Shown one piece after another: positions 25,850 to 38,537 of a DNA stretch of 64,000 bases. Position numbers and translations under genes: made by a program. How positions within the stretch are numbered: position 1 is the first letter of the stretch; each line of letters opens with the position of its first letter. The DNA comes from Callorhinchus milii (taxonomy: Eukaryota). Location: contig NW_024704743.1 of assembly GCF_018977255.1 (NCBI RefSeq), positions 101,000,001-101,064,000 of the forward strand, given 5' to 3'. The notes below the pieces were generated by a model that searched no databases, was not told the origin of the DNA, and saw only the letters and a list, made by a program, of their open reading frames with translations.

Positions 25850-28245
25850 GATTCCATTTATAAAGCGCCTTTCACGTCAGGAGGACGTCCCAAGGCGCTG
25901 CACAGTTGGGTCATGACCCGAGCAGGGGGGAAATGGTGAGGGGAGGGAAGTGAGGGAGCGAGGAGGGGGGAAATGGTCAGGGTGAGGGAGGGAAGGGAGG
26001 GAGCGAGGAGGGGGAAGAGAGTCGAGAGGGAGCTGAAGGCACGGTCAAAGAGAAAGGTTTTGAGACCGGCCTTGAAGGAGGAAAGGGAGGAAGCAAGGCG
26101 AAGCCACTGGGGGATGGAGTTCCAGAGCCTCGGGGCTGAGAGGCTGAAAGCCCGACCACCGATGGTAGGGCGGTTGGGGCAGGGGACGTGGAGCAGACCG
26201 GAGCCAGAGGAACGGAGGGTACGGGCAGGTAGGTAGGGGGATAGTAGGTAACAACACTCTGTGTAAAAAAAATCTCCTCATCTCCCTTCTGGTTCTTTTG
26301 TCAATTATCTTGAATCCATATCCCCTGGTTACTGAGCCCCCTACCAGTGGAAGCTGTTTCTCCCTATCTACTCTATCAAAACCCCTCATAATTTTGAACA
26401 TCTCTATTAAATCTCCCATTAACCTTCTCTACTCTAAGGAGAACAATCCCAGCTTCTCTAGTCTCTCCACCTAACTAAAATCCCTCATCCCTGGTACCAT
26501 TTTGGTAAATCTCCTCTGCATCCTCTCCAAGGTCTTGACATCCTTCTTGAAGTGTGGTGTCCAGAATTGAACAAAACTCCAGCTGAGGCCTAACCAGTGA
26601 CTTATAAAGGTTTAGCAGAACTTCCTTGCTTTTGTACTCCATGCCTCTATTTATAAAGCCAAGAATCCTATATGCTTTTTTAACAGCTCTATCAACTTGC
26701 CCTGCCCCCTTCAAAGACCTGTGTATGTGAACCCGCAGGTCTCTCTGCTCCTGCACCCCCTTTAAAACTGTAACATTTATTGTATATTGCCTTTCCTCAT
26801 TCTTCCTCCCAAAAAGCATCACGTCACACTCCTCTGCATTAAACTTCATCTACCATGTGTCTGCCCATTTCACCTAATTTCTCCTGCAATCTGCTATCAT
26901 TCTCTACACTGTTTACTATGTTCAAAAGTTTTATGTCATCTGCAAACTTTAAAATTTTGCGCTCTATATCCAAGTCCAAGTCATTTATGCATATCAAAAA
27001 GTGCAGTGGACCTAATAGCGGACACCACTATATACTTNCCCCCAGCTAAAAACGACCATTCACCATTACTCTCTGGTTTCCGTCTCCCAGCCAATTTCAT
27101 ATTCATTCTGCCACTGTCCCTTTTATCCTATGGGCTGGAATTTTGCTAACCAGTCTATTATGTAGCACCTTATCAAACGCCTTGTAAAAGTCCATATACA
27201 CTATATCAACAGCACTACCATCATCAATCCTCTCTGTTATATCATCAAATAACTCAATTAAGTTTATCAGACATTATTTGCCTTTAACAAATCCGTGTTG
27301 ACTGTCCTTAATTATCTTATGTTTTTCCCAGTGAAAATGTATTTTGTCCAGAATTATGGTCTCTAGAAGTTTCACCACCACTGACTGGCCTGTAGTGAAC
27401 AGGTTTATCCCTCTCCCTTTTTTTGGACAGTGGTGTAACATTTGCAACCCTCCATCTTCAGGCACTACTCCCACATCCAAGGAGGATTGAAAGATTGTGG
27501 CCAGAGCCTTCGCTATTTCCACCCTAACTTCCCTCAGTAACCTAGGATGCATCCAATACAGACCGGGTGACTTCTACTTTGCTAACCTTTTATCTATTTG
27601 TATCCTATCCAATTTCTCTATCCCTTCCTCCTTTACTGTGACATTGGCAGCATCCCCTTTTGTGAAGATAGATGAAAAGTACTCATTCAGAACTTCAGCC
27701 ATGCCCCCTGCCTCCACAAGAAGTTTTATTTTTTGGTCCCTAATTGGCTCTACTCTTGCTTTGACCATCCGTTTACTCTATGTATTTATAGAAGACTTTA
27801 GTGTTCCCTTTAATGTTACCCACTAATCTTTTCTCATACACTCTCTTTGGCCCATTCTCATACACTCTCTTATTTCCTTTTTCAGTTCTCCACTGCACTT
27901 TCTGTATTCTGCTTGATTCTCTAATGTATTTCGAACCTGACATTTATCATAAGCCTCATTTTTCTGTTTCATTTTAATCCTATTTTCTTTAGTCATTCAG
28001 GGAGCTCTAGCTTTGGATGCCTGACTTTTTCCCCTCATAGGAAAGCGTGTGGTCACCTAATAGTACCCTAACCATCTCCTCCTTGAAGACCTCCCATTGC
28101 TCATTTACTGTTTTATCCGTCAATCTAGTTTCCAATCCACCTGGGCCAGTTCCCTTTTCAACTCACTGAAATTAGACTCTTCCAGTTGAGTATCTCTTCA
28201 CCTTTGATTGTTCCTTCTCCCTATCCATGACTACTCTAAACCTTG
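25605..28245 (-). mobile_element. CR1-clade LINE, 5'-truncated and frameshifted ORF2 (RT) plus 3' UTR
   Basis: Peptides MAEVLNEYFSSIFTK, HPRLLREVRVEIAKALATIFQSSL, DSQHGFVKGK, MKFNAEECDV...LYKSLVRPQLE, GDLIEMFKIMRGFDRVDREK. Interrupted by an L2 at 25825-26247. Confidence 0.92.
25825..26247 (-). mobile_element. Young L2 LINE 3' fragment nested in CR1
   Basis: (TTG)n tail, close match to the 3082-3590 copy, flanked by direct repeat gtaacaaca (25816-25824 / 26248-26256). Confidence 0.9.
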
Positions 28246-30076
28246 AAATTAGGAGTCAAATTAGTGCCATTTCATAATGTTCTTTATGATAATTATCTAA
28301 ATGCTAATTTCGTACTGTGAGATGACATCCTGATTAAAACTCCTTCCTTTCCTTAAGATTGTTCACTTTTGGTGGTTATTCATGAACTCTGTGGCTCCCT
28401 TCTTGATATTTTCAGATCTGCCATCCTGGAGGCAAAATTTGAGTATGCAGAAGAGAAAAATAACTTAATTCATTCACTTTCTTTCTGCTGGACTCAAACA
28501 CTGAACTTTAGCATTGGCGGGAAGGCCAGAAATTTTAGCACAGCAGCATCATAGTAGTCTGACTGCACCATTCTTCTTCAGATCTTTCTTTTCATCCCTG
28601 CTTTTGGTCACTCTTTCACCACCGGCTCCACCCCCCCCCCCCCCCCCCCCAACCCCCACTTCCCTGATCGGATTCCCAGTCGGGTCTGTTAAGTCGTCGT
28701 CCTGATGTGAAAGGCACTATATAAATGTGAAATAGTTGTTCTTTTTGTTGCCTCATGCAAACACAATTGTGTGGCTTTTTCTCCTCTTACAAAACCACAA
28801 AACTGACATTTCAATGCTGAGCTTGGGTCACTTCATTATTACATGAATGTTTAAAAAACAAAGATTGCTTTAGAGTACACTTCTATTGACAATTATTATT
28901 CGTGCTTAGAAAACCATCTAAGTTGACAAGCCTGGCTTGCTCAGATGATGAGAAGGAAATTTCCATTTACAAAGATGGGCATGAACAAAGCAAATTTGTT
29001 TTTCTCCCTTTGGGAGCAAATCAAACCTGATGACTGAACTGGAAGCTGAGATTATACATGTACTAACACACACAATAGACTGAAGTCCGCAATGCAAATT
29101 ATTACCCATAAAGGCATGCTCCTGCACTGAAACTGACTGCAGTGATCACTTCTGATTGAAACTGAACTGCTTTCATAAACTTGTCTTTGCTGGTTGGTAA
29201 ATAGCAAGCAAGAACTTGTATTTTTACAGTGCCTTATCAATTTGAAACATTTCAACAGCTGTCAAGTATGAGGGTGACTTTTCAGGCAAAGATAGCAACA
29301 ATTGCGCATACAACAAGGTTCCACAAGCAGCAGTGAAACAAATGACCAAGTAATCAGAAGGATTGTTGGTTAGGACAGCAATTGAGTAGGCTCTTTTGTT
29401 AATATGGTAACCAACATTGGTTGCAGAACTCCAGCCTAGAATAAGTACCATGCTTTCCATATGAAGATTTCAACAATTTAACTAGATGAAATTGGGCATT
29501 CACTTCATGGCTGTTTGTACGACATTGCTGTGTACAAAGTGGCTCTCGTGTTCACCCACAAATACAGTGTCACTCTCTTTACAGTAAACCATCTGAAGCC
29601 CTTTGAGACATTTTCCCAATTGTAAATGGTGCAAAATCCAGTGCAAGGATTATTATTACATTTTTGTAAATACATTCCTTATGATTAGACTTTTCAAACA
29701 CACTACTTATAGGCTCCCTAGTTCCACCATAAATAATGTCCAGCAATCTAAAACTCTGACGTCCGCATCCTGACCCGAACCAAACTCCACACTCCCATTT
29801 TGTCAGACCTCGCCAGGCTCCACTATCGCCATGTCTCCCAGAGAATCAACTTCATGATCCTCATCCTTCACTCTCCAACACCTCTGTGATCTTTTCTTAT
29901 CTAACTTGTCCACCATCTCTCTCCTCCACCCACCCCACCCCCACCTCTTTGCTAAGAGGCTGCTGCTTGACCTCCACTCCTCCTCACCCTACTGATGGCT
30001 TTTGTTGCTTCAGTTACTATACCCTTGTGATTTGCCCCCTCTCTATCTAACAGTATTTAAATCCCCGACACACATG

Positions 30077-30283
30077 CTGGGGTCCCCAAGCCTTGGTTCT
30101 TGCCAACCTGCACCAAATACTCTCTGGAACTAGACAAGCAAGGATGTGTCCCTCCAGGAATTCCATTACAATGCATGGGAATTTCCATGAATAGGTGGGA
30201 TGCATGGAACTCTGTTTCGTTTGGATACTCTTAAGCATGGTAATGGGTTTCCGCATGTGTCAGGCACCCAGCTGTCCAAAAAC
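30077..30283 (+). mobile_element. AmnSINE2-like interspersed repeat (also ~683-855 +, 35160-35310 -, 54420-54557 +)
   Basis: Four copies share taggtgggatgca..tttggatactcttaagcatggtgat..tttcc.catgtgtcagacaccc.gctg..caaaa. Repeat status is seen directly; the name is from memory. Confidence 0.65.
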
Positions 30284-31731
30284 AATTCTAAGATGCTGCA
30301 AGACGTTATCCTACATGAAGGCCATTATATAAATGCAATTCCTGAGGGCCACTTTTTGCAACATGCACATTGCAAAGCTCTGGTTCAGGGGAAGGGCAAA
30401 GCCATACTAAGAATGCTATCCAGAAGAATGTTTTGATACACATGTTTTAGCAAGCCCTTGAAATAAATCAAGTTTCCAAGTAAATGATTCAAGAAAATCT
30501 TGACAGAAGCCTGCAGGTCAAAAATGGACAGTTTCTGAAGAAACATTTTCTCACTGACGGACAGTAGGTGTAGATGTTTTTCATGGGCAACAATAGGAGA
30601 AAAAACACAGAAGGATGACCTCCAGGTGATGCAATCTGAACAGGGTAAGTGGACATGTGATTCAGACTGTAATTCAATGGTTTGGTATCCCTAGGGATTT
30701 GTGACACGCTGACTTTTCTTATGGTACCAAGGACAAACAAACACTGTTTGAAAGAATCTGGATTCACAATTATAGCTGAAAATTAATTTATTTCCTTCTG
30801 GCTAGAAATTCTTATTGCAAGCCCAGGCAGCCTAGAGTGTGATAATTGCTAACCTTAACTGTAGCGGATGTACTTGCAATAGAACATTTCTGCCTTTAGA
30901 AAGTGACATCAAGAGCAAATTACTTCTCAGCTTCCCACTGTCTGTAATTAGGGATGAGTTCCTCTGCAGGCCTGTCAAAGTACCAAAAACTGCAGGACTT
31001 ATTGTGCCAGATTTTCCACTATTACTAGGATAAAATACTATAAGAACGAAAGACAGGCCTAGCTCACTAGATTGATCAAAATGTTTTCATTTCAAAATAG
31101 ATTGCATGTATTAAGCTATTTGATTAAACATGGATTCCTTTTAAATGGAAGCTTTCAGTTGTCAGGATCACTCCTATTGGATAAATCATATGCTATTTTA
31201 AGGCTGAATACAATTAGAGACCGCTCCATTGACATGAAATACCACCTGGTCTCATTCCGTAAGAATATTATTCCTTGGCATTTGAGGTGATTCAGAATTG
31301 TAGATCATCATTAATGTGTTTCAAGATGTCCCCCAACAGCTCTAAATCTAAATTGTTTTAAATTCACAAACTTCATGGTCTTCTGCATCCTTAAATGAAT
31401 TGGATTTCAAATTAAAGCAGAACACACAAATTTTCCATAAATCTGTGTGATCTTAAATTTTAAAGAAACATGGTCTTCATAGGCTAAGACTAGGTGAAAT
31501 TTTGGGACTCGTGTGTTAAAATTATTTTGTTCTGCTGATCATAAATATCACGCTTAACACTTGCCTAATGGGTATATCGATGCAGGTGGGCTTGGTGCTC
31601 ACAGCATCAGTGAACAATTTCAGTTAATACCAATAATCTAAAAACAATTTAATAAACCCTTGGCATATACTGTAACATAACGTTTTAAAAAAGCAGATTC
31701 AACAAAATTACTTTTCTAACCTGCTAGTGCT

Positions 31732-32107
31732 TTAATAATAATAATCCTTGTATTTGACATAGCGCCTTATCACGTCTTCGATATGTCTCAAAGCACTTCA
31801 CAGAATATACCGTAAAGTAAATTGACTGTATGGGCGAAACGCTGCAGCCAATTGCGCACAGCAGTGTTCCACAAACAGTCGTGCATTGAAGTGATCAATT
31901 TATTATTATTATTTTGAAGGAATTTTTACCCCCAGAAAAGCGATCCGCCAATCGACTAACAACCGGGCTCCTACTTACTGCTAGGTAAACAGAGGCTAGG
32001 TAAACAGAGGCGTGAAAGAAACTTTCCCAATGTTTCACCCTGCCGGGAATTGAACCCAGGTCTCTCGCTTGCGAGGTGAGTGCTTAACCATTGAGCTTGA
32101 AGACCCC
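31732..32107 (-). mobile_element. tRNA-derived SINE, long form
   Basis: Reverse-complement match to 47052-47422; contains a 15-bp tandem duplication gctaggtaaacagag. Confidence 0.9.
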
Positions 32108-34897
32108 ACAAATATCTTGTTTAGCTCATTATTGCCATCTTTAGTTTCAAAGTCATTAACTGGCAAATTAAGATTCTGTGCATTGCCATTAAAATTAGCC
32201 TACATTATCATCCAATTAATTCACCCAACTCACTGATATTTTTCAGTCTGTCAGAGAGTAGAAGTCTCTGAACGTTGTGAACAAACATTCTCTTGATCAA
32301 TTTACTGTATTAATACAGCATTAACTCAAATACATTAACCCATTGATCCTGGGCCAACTATCATTTAGTTTTAAGATCAACAATAATAATTTACACTTAT
32401 ATAGGCCCTATCATGTGAGGAAGCATTTCGGAGTGCTAGCCTTAAAAAACAGAAAATGTGGATGCTTCGATTCTCTGCAAAGATTTGCAGATGCTACTAA
32501 TTTGTAACTAGCTGGAATTGAATGCTGAGGGAGATAAATCTATTCATTGTAAATAATGGCCCTATATTTTTTGCCTGTAGTGAATTGTGGAAATATAGAA
32601 CTTTTTTTTTACGTATTACACCATTAATCAACACTGAGGCAACTTCATAAGAACCATGTGGGTTTTACTTACGTGGTTAAGTGAAGCACACTTTCTGCAG
32701 AGCAGTGCATGTCCTAAATTGAATTACTGTAATGGAGACTCATTATAACAGTGATCCATAAAAGAGATCCATAAAATCCCAAACCACATTATTGGAAGGT
32801 GTGCTAGCAGGTTTGACCACGCCTGCAAGCAACAAGTCCAGGGAGCGCACCGGTTCTTGTACTAAAATTAAAAGACTGGTCAACTTCAGGGTCATTCGTT
32901 TACCACAATGTCACTTCCTGTTTTCTGAACAAAGCAGGAAGTGTGGTTGGCGGTGGCCTGATAACCTAGACATCTGCTTTTTCTTCATTTGCAGAAAGCC
33001 AAAAAGGCCCTTTTCTATTTCATTAGGTTGCCGCTGCTGTCACTCACTTATCTGCGCATGGACAGCAAAGCAGACCTAATGACCTGTATAAATCAGCTAT
33101 TTAAGTGCGAAAAAACATCTGGCATGTGGAAAACAAGCAGGCCAGCTGTGCCCCTGAGCAATGAACAGGATCCATAGTGTAATCGTGTTGTAAGTAAATT
33201 TGCTGTATACTTAAGAAACAATTGATATCTAGGCTGGTGGTTTGAATCCTGGCCTGTGAAGAGATCTCAGCCAGGCTAGCAGTTGGAACTCTTCAACTGC
33301 CTTCAGCACCTTGGGTTTAGGAAGAGAAAATCAGTCTGGGTTCCTGTTCCTGACTCCTATCCAGAGGCACCTGCTGGAAAGTAAGCAGTGTGTGGATAGG
33401 AATCTTGGCTGTGATGTCCCCCATGATCGAATGGTTTGCCAACATTCACTATAAAGGAAAACCGGAAGAGAAAAGATCACAGAGAAAAACTATTTGTTGT
33501 AGAAGAAATAGTTGACCTTTCCACCATCCGCAAAAAAATAAACAGTAGGGATCCATTTAATGGACATCTGCAAACACAGGCTGTGCATTCTTGTATAATT
33601 CGGTTTCAGTTCCAAACTACCCACCCTGGAATAATCAGTAAAAGACCCTCATAAAATATTTGATGGCCTGCACATTGCAAAAACACCAGAATACAGTATA
33701 TAAATCACAAGATTTTTTTCTAAAGAACAACTCTCACTTTCTGCCAACAATAAAAAATAAATAGTAATCCTTACATTTGGTATAGTGCCTTTATGTTCTT
33801 CGTAGGATTTAATATGAAGTGTATTTACTGTATAATTTGTAGGCGAATGTGGTAACATTGACTATTCTCTGCGGTAGGGAGGGCGGTAGGGGGGATGTGA
33901 GCAGGGTCTCCTTAGAGCTGAACTAGCCTCAAGGTGACATGTTTGGCAACGGAATGAAGAATTGAGTCAACCCAATGCAATCCGTAGTCACTCCAGGTCA
34001 CTGATAAGGACACCACAGACAGCTAGGCTGGCTCTTGGAAGGATGTGGATTAATATTTACAAATCCTTTTGGGAAGCTTGCAGTTTAGACTCCACAACTG
34101 TATTGAAGGGCCACACTATTGCCTTGAGGTATTTATCTGTATATCAACAAGTGAGAACAATTGCTTTAGAAGCCAACATGTAAATGTTCAGCATGTTTTC
34201 ACGGAGGAATAATAAATAATCCTTGCAGTTGATATAGGGCCTTATCGTGTCATCGAGACTTCTCAATGCTCTTAACAAGATACACTATAAAGTGGATTGA
34301 TTATAAATATTTTGTGTTAAACGCGACAGCCAGTTTGCGCGCAGCAATGTTCCACAAACAGCCATGGGTTGAGTGGCCATTTGGGGGCCTGTTGCTCAGG
34401 ACACCTGGAGAAACTCACTTCTCTTTTTGAATCGTGCCACGGGATCTTCAACATTCACCCGAATAAGCAGACTGGATCTCCGTTTAATGTATCATCTGAA
34501 GGGCATACATATCCTGGTCAAGAACCTGTCAATTACGGAAATGTTCTGACATGATATGACTCTAATATTAGTTATCAGTTTTATAACGATATACTAAAGG
34601 ACCAGGAGAACTTGAACAAAATTTATATCTTTTAAAATTTCTCAATCTGCCCTTTGAGAGGAACTTCAACTGCAACAATGGAGGCTGCAAGCCCCTTTGG
34701 ACCCAACAGCTTTCTAATCAGTCAGACATCCACCAGGGAAGTAATGTTCTGCAACGTGATAACTATCACACTACAAGTCACAGTTTCCACTCTACGTCTC
34801 TTGACTTTGTGCAAAATATTGTGGAATGTGTCTCATTCCTTCCTCTCTGCCTCCCCTATCTCCGTTAACTCAGTAAATTCCAGTCAGTTCTTTGTAC

Positions 34898-35067
34898 CTC
34901 ATCAGTACTCCATTTGGATACTTTGCTGGCTTGGAAGTTCACCACTCCAGGCAGTAGCTTGCAGTGCTGCTCCCAGCAGAGTGGGAGATCACGAGCTGGG
35001 TGAGCAGACATGGCTGACATGAAGACAGACTGGTGAAGGGCTTGCTGCATACTGTCGACAGAAAGGT
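34898..35067 (-). CDS. L3MBTL4: L3MBTL-family gene, third-last coding exon (170 nt): (D)LSVDSMQQALHQSVFMSAMSAHPARDLPLCWEQHCKLLPGVVNFQASKVSKWSTDE
   Basis: Long pyrimidine tract plus cag acceptor (tcttcccttcttctctttctcttccag) and GAG|gtacaa donor. The peptide matches the pre-SAM segment of L3MBTL proteins as I recall it. HPxRDLPL and xSVxxxQQxLHQSV favour L3MBTL4 over L3MBTL1/3; family is more certain than paralog. Confidence 0.88.
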
Positions 35068-35339
35068 CTGGAAGAGAAAGAGAAGAAGGGAAGACTCACT
35101 TTCTTTTTTACAAACAGGCTGATCTGATTCACAAAATAAAAGGTAAAAAAACACAATTTTTTTTATCAACTGGGTGCCAGACACATGTGAAAACTCATCA
35201 ACATGCTTAAGAATATCCATACCAGACAGAAATATATGCATGTATGCCACCTACACATAGAAACTGCATCTGAATGGAATGTCTTCCCTGGAGGGATGTA
35301 TTCTGCTTACCCAATTAAGGAGTATTATTAGGTGCCGGT

Positions 35340-35760
35340 TGAGGGGTGCAGGGGAGATTTAACTAGGATGATACCGGGAATGAACTATGAGCAGAGACAT
35401 GAAGGAACTGGGACTTTTCCCACTGGAACAAAAATGAGGGGTTTTGATAAAGTCAATAGGGAGAAATTATTTCCATTGGTCAGTGAATCGGCAACTAGAG
35501 CGCATCAATTTAAGAAAGTGAGCCAATGGGGAGGCGAGGATATTTCTTTTCAAGCACAAAGTAGATAGACTGTCCTGGCAGGAGCGATGATTGAGGCAGA
35601 ATCCATATTGGCATGCAAGAGGGAACTCGACAAATACCTAAAAAAAAGTCAGCTACTCGCATATGGGGAAAGGGCAAATAGGACTGAAAGAATGGCTCTT
35701 GAGGGAGCCAGCACAGACACAGTAGACCAAATGGCTTTCTTCTCTGCCATAATTTTCTCT
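35340..35760 (+). mobile_element. Old CR1 3' fragment
   Basis: TRMIPGM and MRGFDKVNREKLFPLV peptides; CR1-type 3' UTR. Confidence 0.8.
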
Positions 35761-36502
35761 GGTTCCAGGTTGGTGAAAGTCGAGGCTTGGGGACACCAAA
35801 GTGTGCTTTACTGCTGGACTTTAATCAGTCAAAACTTGCCTTGCCTCCCACTGCTTGTCCAGCTAGGACCACCCTATACATTATAGTTTGGGCTTGTAGG
35901 GTTAATGGGAGCTGAGTGCTAATATTCCCCGTTCTCAGTATGCAGTCTGCCCCTCCAAGTCCTGCTGATGAGTCTGGCTGTAATCAGAAGTGCCCTGGAG
36001 TACTGTAGAACTGCCGGGTTCAGGTACCGAACTACTGAGGCAGTCATTGAGAGTTGACTTAATTTTGTCATTCTATTGCCAAGCATATCGCCTCATCTTG
36101 GAGCCAAGGAGACCCTGTTTATCTCATCTCTCAAGGAGAATAGTCACTTGTAGGACAAATATTTTCAGTGAAAATAATTCCCAAAGCAAAATATCAACAT
36201 TGTGCTCCAGATTTCTAATTGTGAATTAGATTGCAATGTAATTGGTGAGAAATAGAGTCAACTATTCAGGCAGTCATTATCTGAAGAGAAATAATTTAGA
36301 CAATAGGTCACTTGATGTGCTAATGGTCAAAGTTTGTTTTGCAATCAATTGCCTGGAGGGAAAGTAATTTTGTTAGGGGCGGATCAACGGAATAATATTG
36401 CAACTATTCACGTGCTTCAGCAAAACGCAAATGAAAGATAGTTATTTGCATTTGTTAACCTGTCTGATCTCTCGTGGGATTCGATCAGTTGTCTAGACCT
36501 TT

Positions 36503-36859
36503 ATAATAATCCTTGTATTTGATATAGTACCTTATCAAGTTGTTGAGACATCTCAAAGAGCTTCACAGAATATACTGTAAAATTAATTGACTATATTATG
36601 TGGGCAAAACACGGCAGCCAATTGCACACAGCAGTGTCCCACAAACATTTGTGGATTGAATGACCAATTTTTAAAAAAAATATGATTACCCCCGGAAAGC
36701 GATCTGCCAATTGACTAACAATCGGGTTCTACTTACTGTTAAGTAAACAGAGATGTGTGGAGTAAGGAAACCTACCTAAGGTTTCGCCCTGCTCGGGAAT
36801 TGAACCCAGGTCCTCTCGCTTGTGAGTTGAGTGCTCTAACCAGTAAGCTACAGGACCCC
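36503..36859 (-). mobile_element. tRNA-derived SINE, long form
   Basis: Reverse-complement match to 47052-47422. Confidence 0.9.
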
Positions 36860-37849
36860 ATTCACTCACAGAACTTGATTCATCCTTGAGCCATCCTTAT
36901 GGTCTCTCTGCCTGAGACTGATAGCTGAGTACCAAATTGTAGGCTCATTTTACTAGTAACTCAAGCTCTCTTGGATCATGCCAAACATATTTCACTTAAT
37001 ACTCTTACAGCCAATAGGAAGATACAGAACAATCTTGTTAAACAGTTCCTCACTAGAGTATGAATATTGTTTATAACATGGGTTTCCTGAGGTTTCAAAG
37101 TTAGTAGAATGTGGCCCATTTTCAGCTTCTAGAACAGACTGACCAGCTACCTGCGAATGTATGCAAGAACAACAACAAATTATATTTGTATAGCGCCTTT
37201 CACGTCTGGAGGACATCCCAAGGCACTGGACAGTCAGGGATCCGCACCTGAGCTGGTGGTTGGGAGCAGAAGGGGTGAATGGTGGGGTGAATAGGGGTAG
37301 GAAGGTGAATGAAGGCACAGTTGAAGACGACAGAATAGAAGGGCGAGCCCATCAGCTGTTACCACTCTCACAAGCGATTCTACTGATAGAAAGATTGCCA
37401 AAAGAACCCACGGCTAACCAGCTGGGATCCTTTTTGCTACTCACAAGTGCAGAGCCAGCCAGCTAGAAGCCAATAGCTTTGTCATCAAGGACCCAATGCC
37501 CTGGAATTGGGATTGGCTGCCATTATTTTCCCTGCAGACGCATTAAAACCTGGGATCTAATTTTATAGACCAGCAAGATCGTGCTATGACAAGGTTGCCC
37601 TGGACTTTCATCCTATTAAGCCGAGGTTGAAGTGGAATCAATATCCCTGAGTGAAAGGACAACATTTTGACCAACTTGACTGACCAATTCCCAGACAAAG
37701 TACCTTTTGATAATAACTGAGAATTTCTCTCCAAACAGATATCAATGTGCAAACATAGAGAACATTAAGTAGAGAATGATGGATGCTCGGAGTTTGATGA
37801 CATAAACGGTTAGAACAAAGCCTGAGAAGAAATCACAGATACAAAATCA

Positions 37850-38537
37850 TCTATACTAATAAAGACAAATGTGTGTTTGTCTGTCTGCCAAGAATACAAT
37901 AACTGATTGACGTAGAGACATGATTTATACCTCATCGGAAAAGTCTTGCATGGGCGAGCATTATGGGTATATATTTTTTCAGGGATCTCCTATCGTTGAT
38001 GATCTAAAAAAGAGCTTTAATTAAGCCCCCAAAAAGGTATGCATGGTATTCTGCAACAAAGTAGTGACAGAGGTCAAACACCCTTCTAGAGAGATATAGT
38101 TATAATAATAAAGACAATAATAATAAAGTCTGTCTGTCTAACCGATTGACGTAGAGACATGATTTATACCTCATCAGAACTTGCAGGGGGAATACCATGG
38201 GCATATTTTTTTTTGGGGGGGAGTCTCCTACTGTGACCTAAACAAGCCCATCACACATGTGTAGACTCCAACAAGGAGTCCTCCCAACACAAGTCCTCCC
38301 ACAGGAGTCCTCCCAACCAGGAGTCTTCCCAACTTGGAGTCCTCCCAAAAGGATATGTATGCAAATATGTGCACAAGGATGCTAATGAGTTCAATCGCAC
38401 ATTTTCTTAATCTTAAGGGATAAAGACACCTAAGAAGCAAAGATCAAGTCTTTCAAGGACAAATAAAAATGGCAGGCGAAAGAGAGGCGGCCAATTAATT
38501 GAAACTGGGCAAGAGTAGCTGCAACGGGTACAGCTAG
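37850..38537 (+). mobile_element. Non-autonomous Helitron, apparently complete (688 bp)
   Basis: Starts A|TCTATACTAATAAAG followed by a GTTT/GTCT microsatellite and ends ...CGGGTACAGCTAG|T. Sits between A and T with no TSD. Contains an internal duplication and a minisatellite. Confidence 0.8.
38262..38350 (+). repeat. Minisatellite, ~5 copies of ~16-bp GGAGTCCTCCCAAC unit, inside the Helitron
   Basis: Read directly. Confidence 0.9.

Noticed and set aside
27038..27038. Single N base
   Set aside because: Assembly ambiguity inside the CR1 copy; no biological meaning.
38262..38350. Short repeated units superficially like a CRISPR array
   Set aside because: No unique spacers, eukaryotic context, no cas genes; it is a minisatellite.
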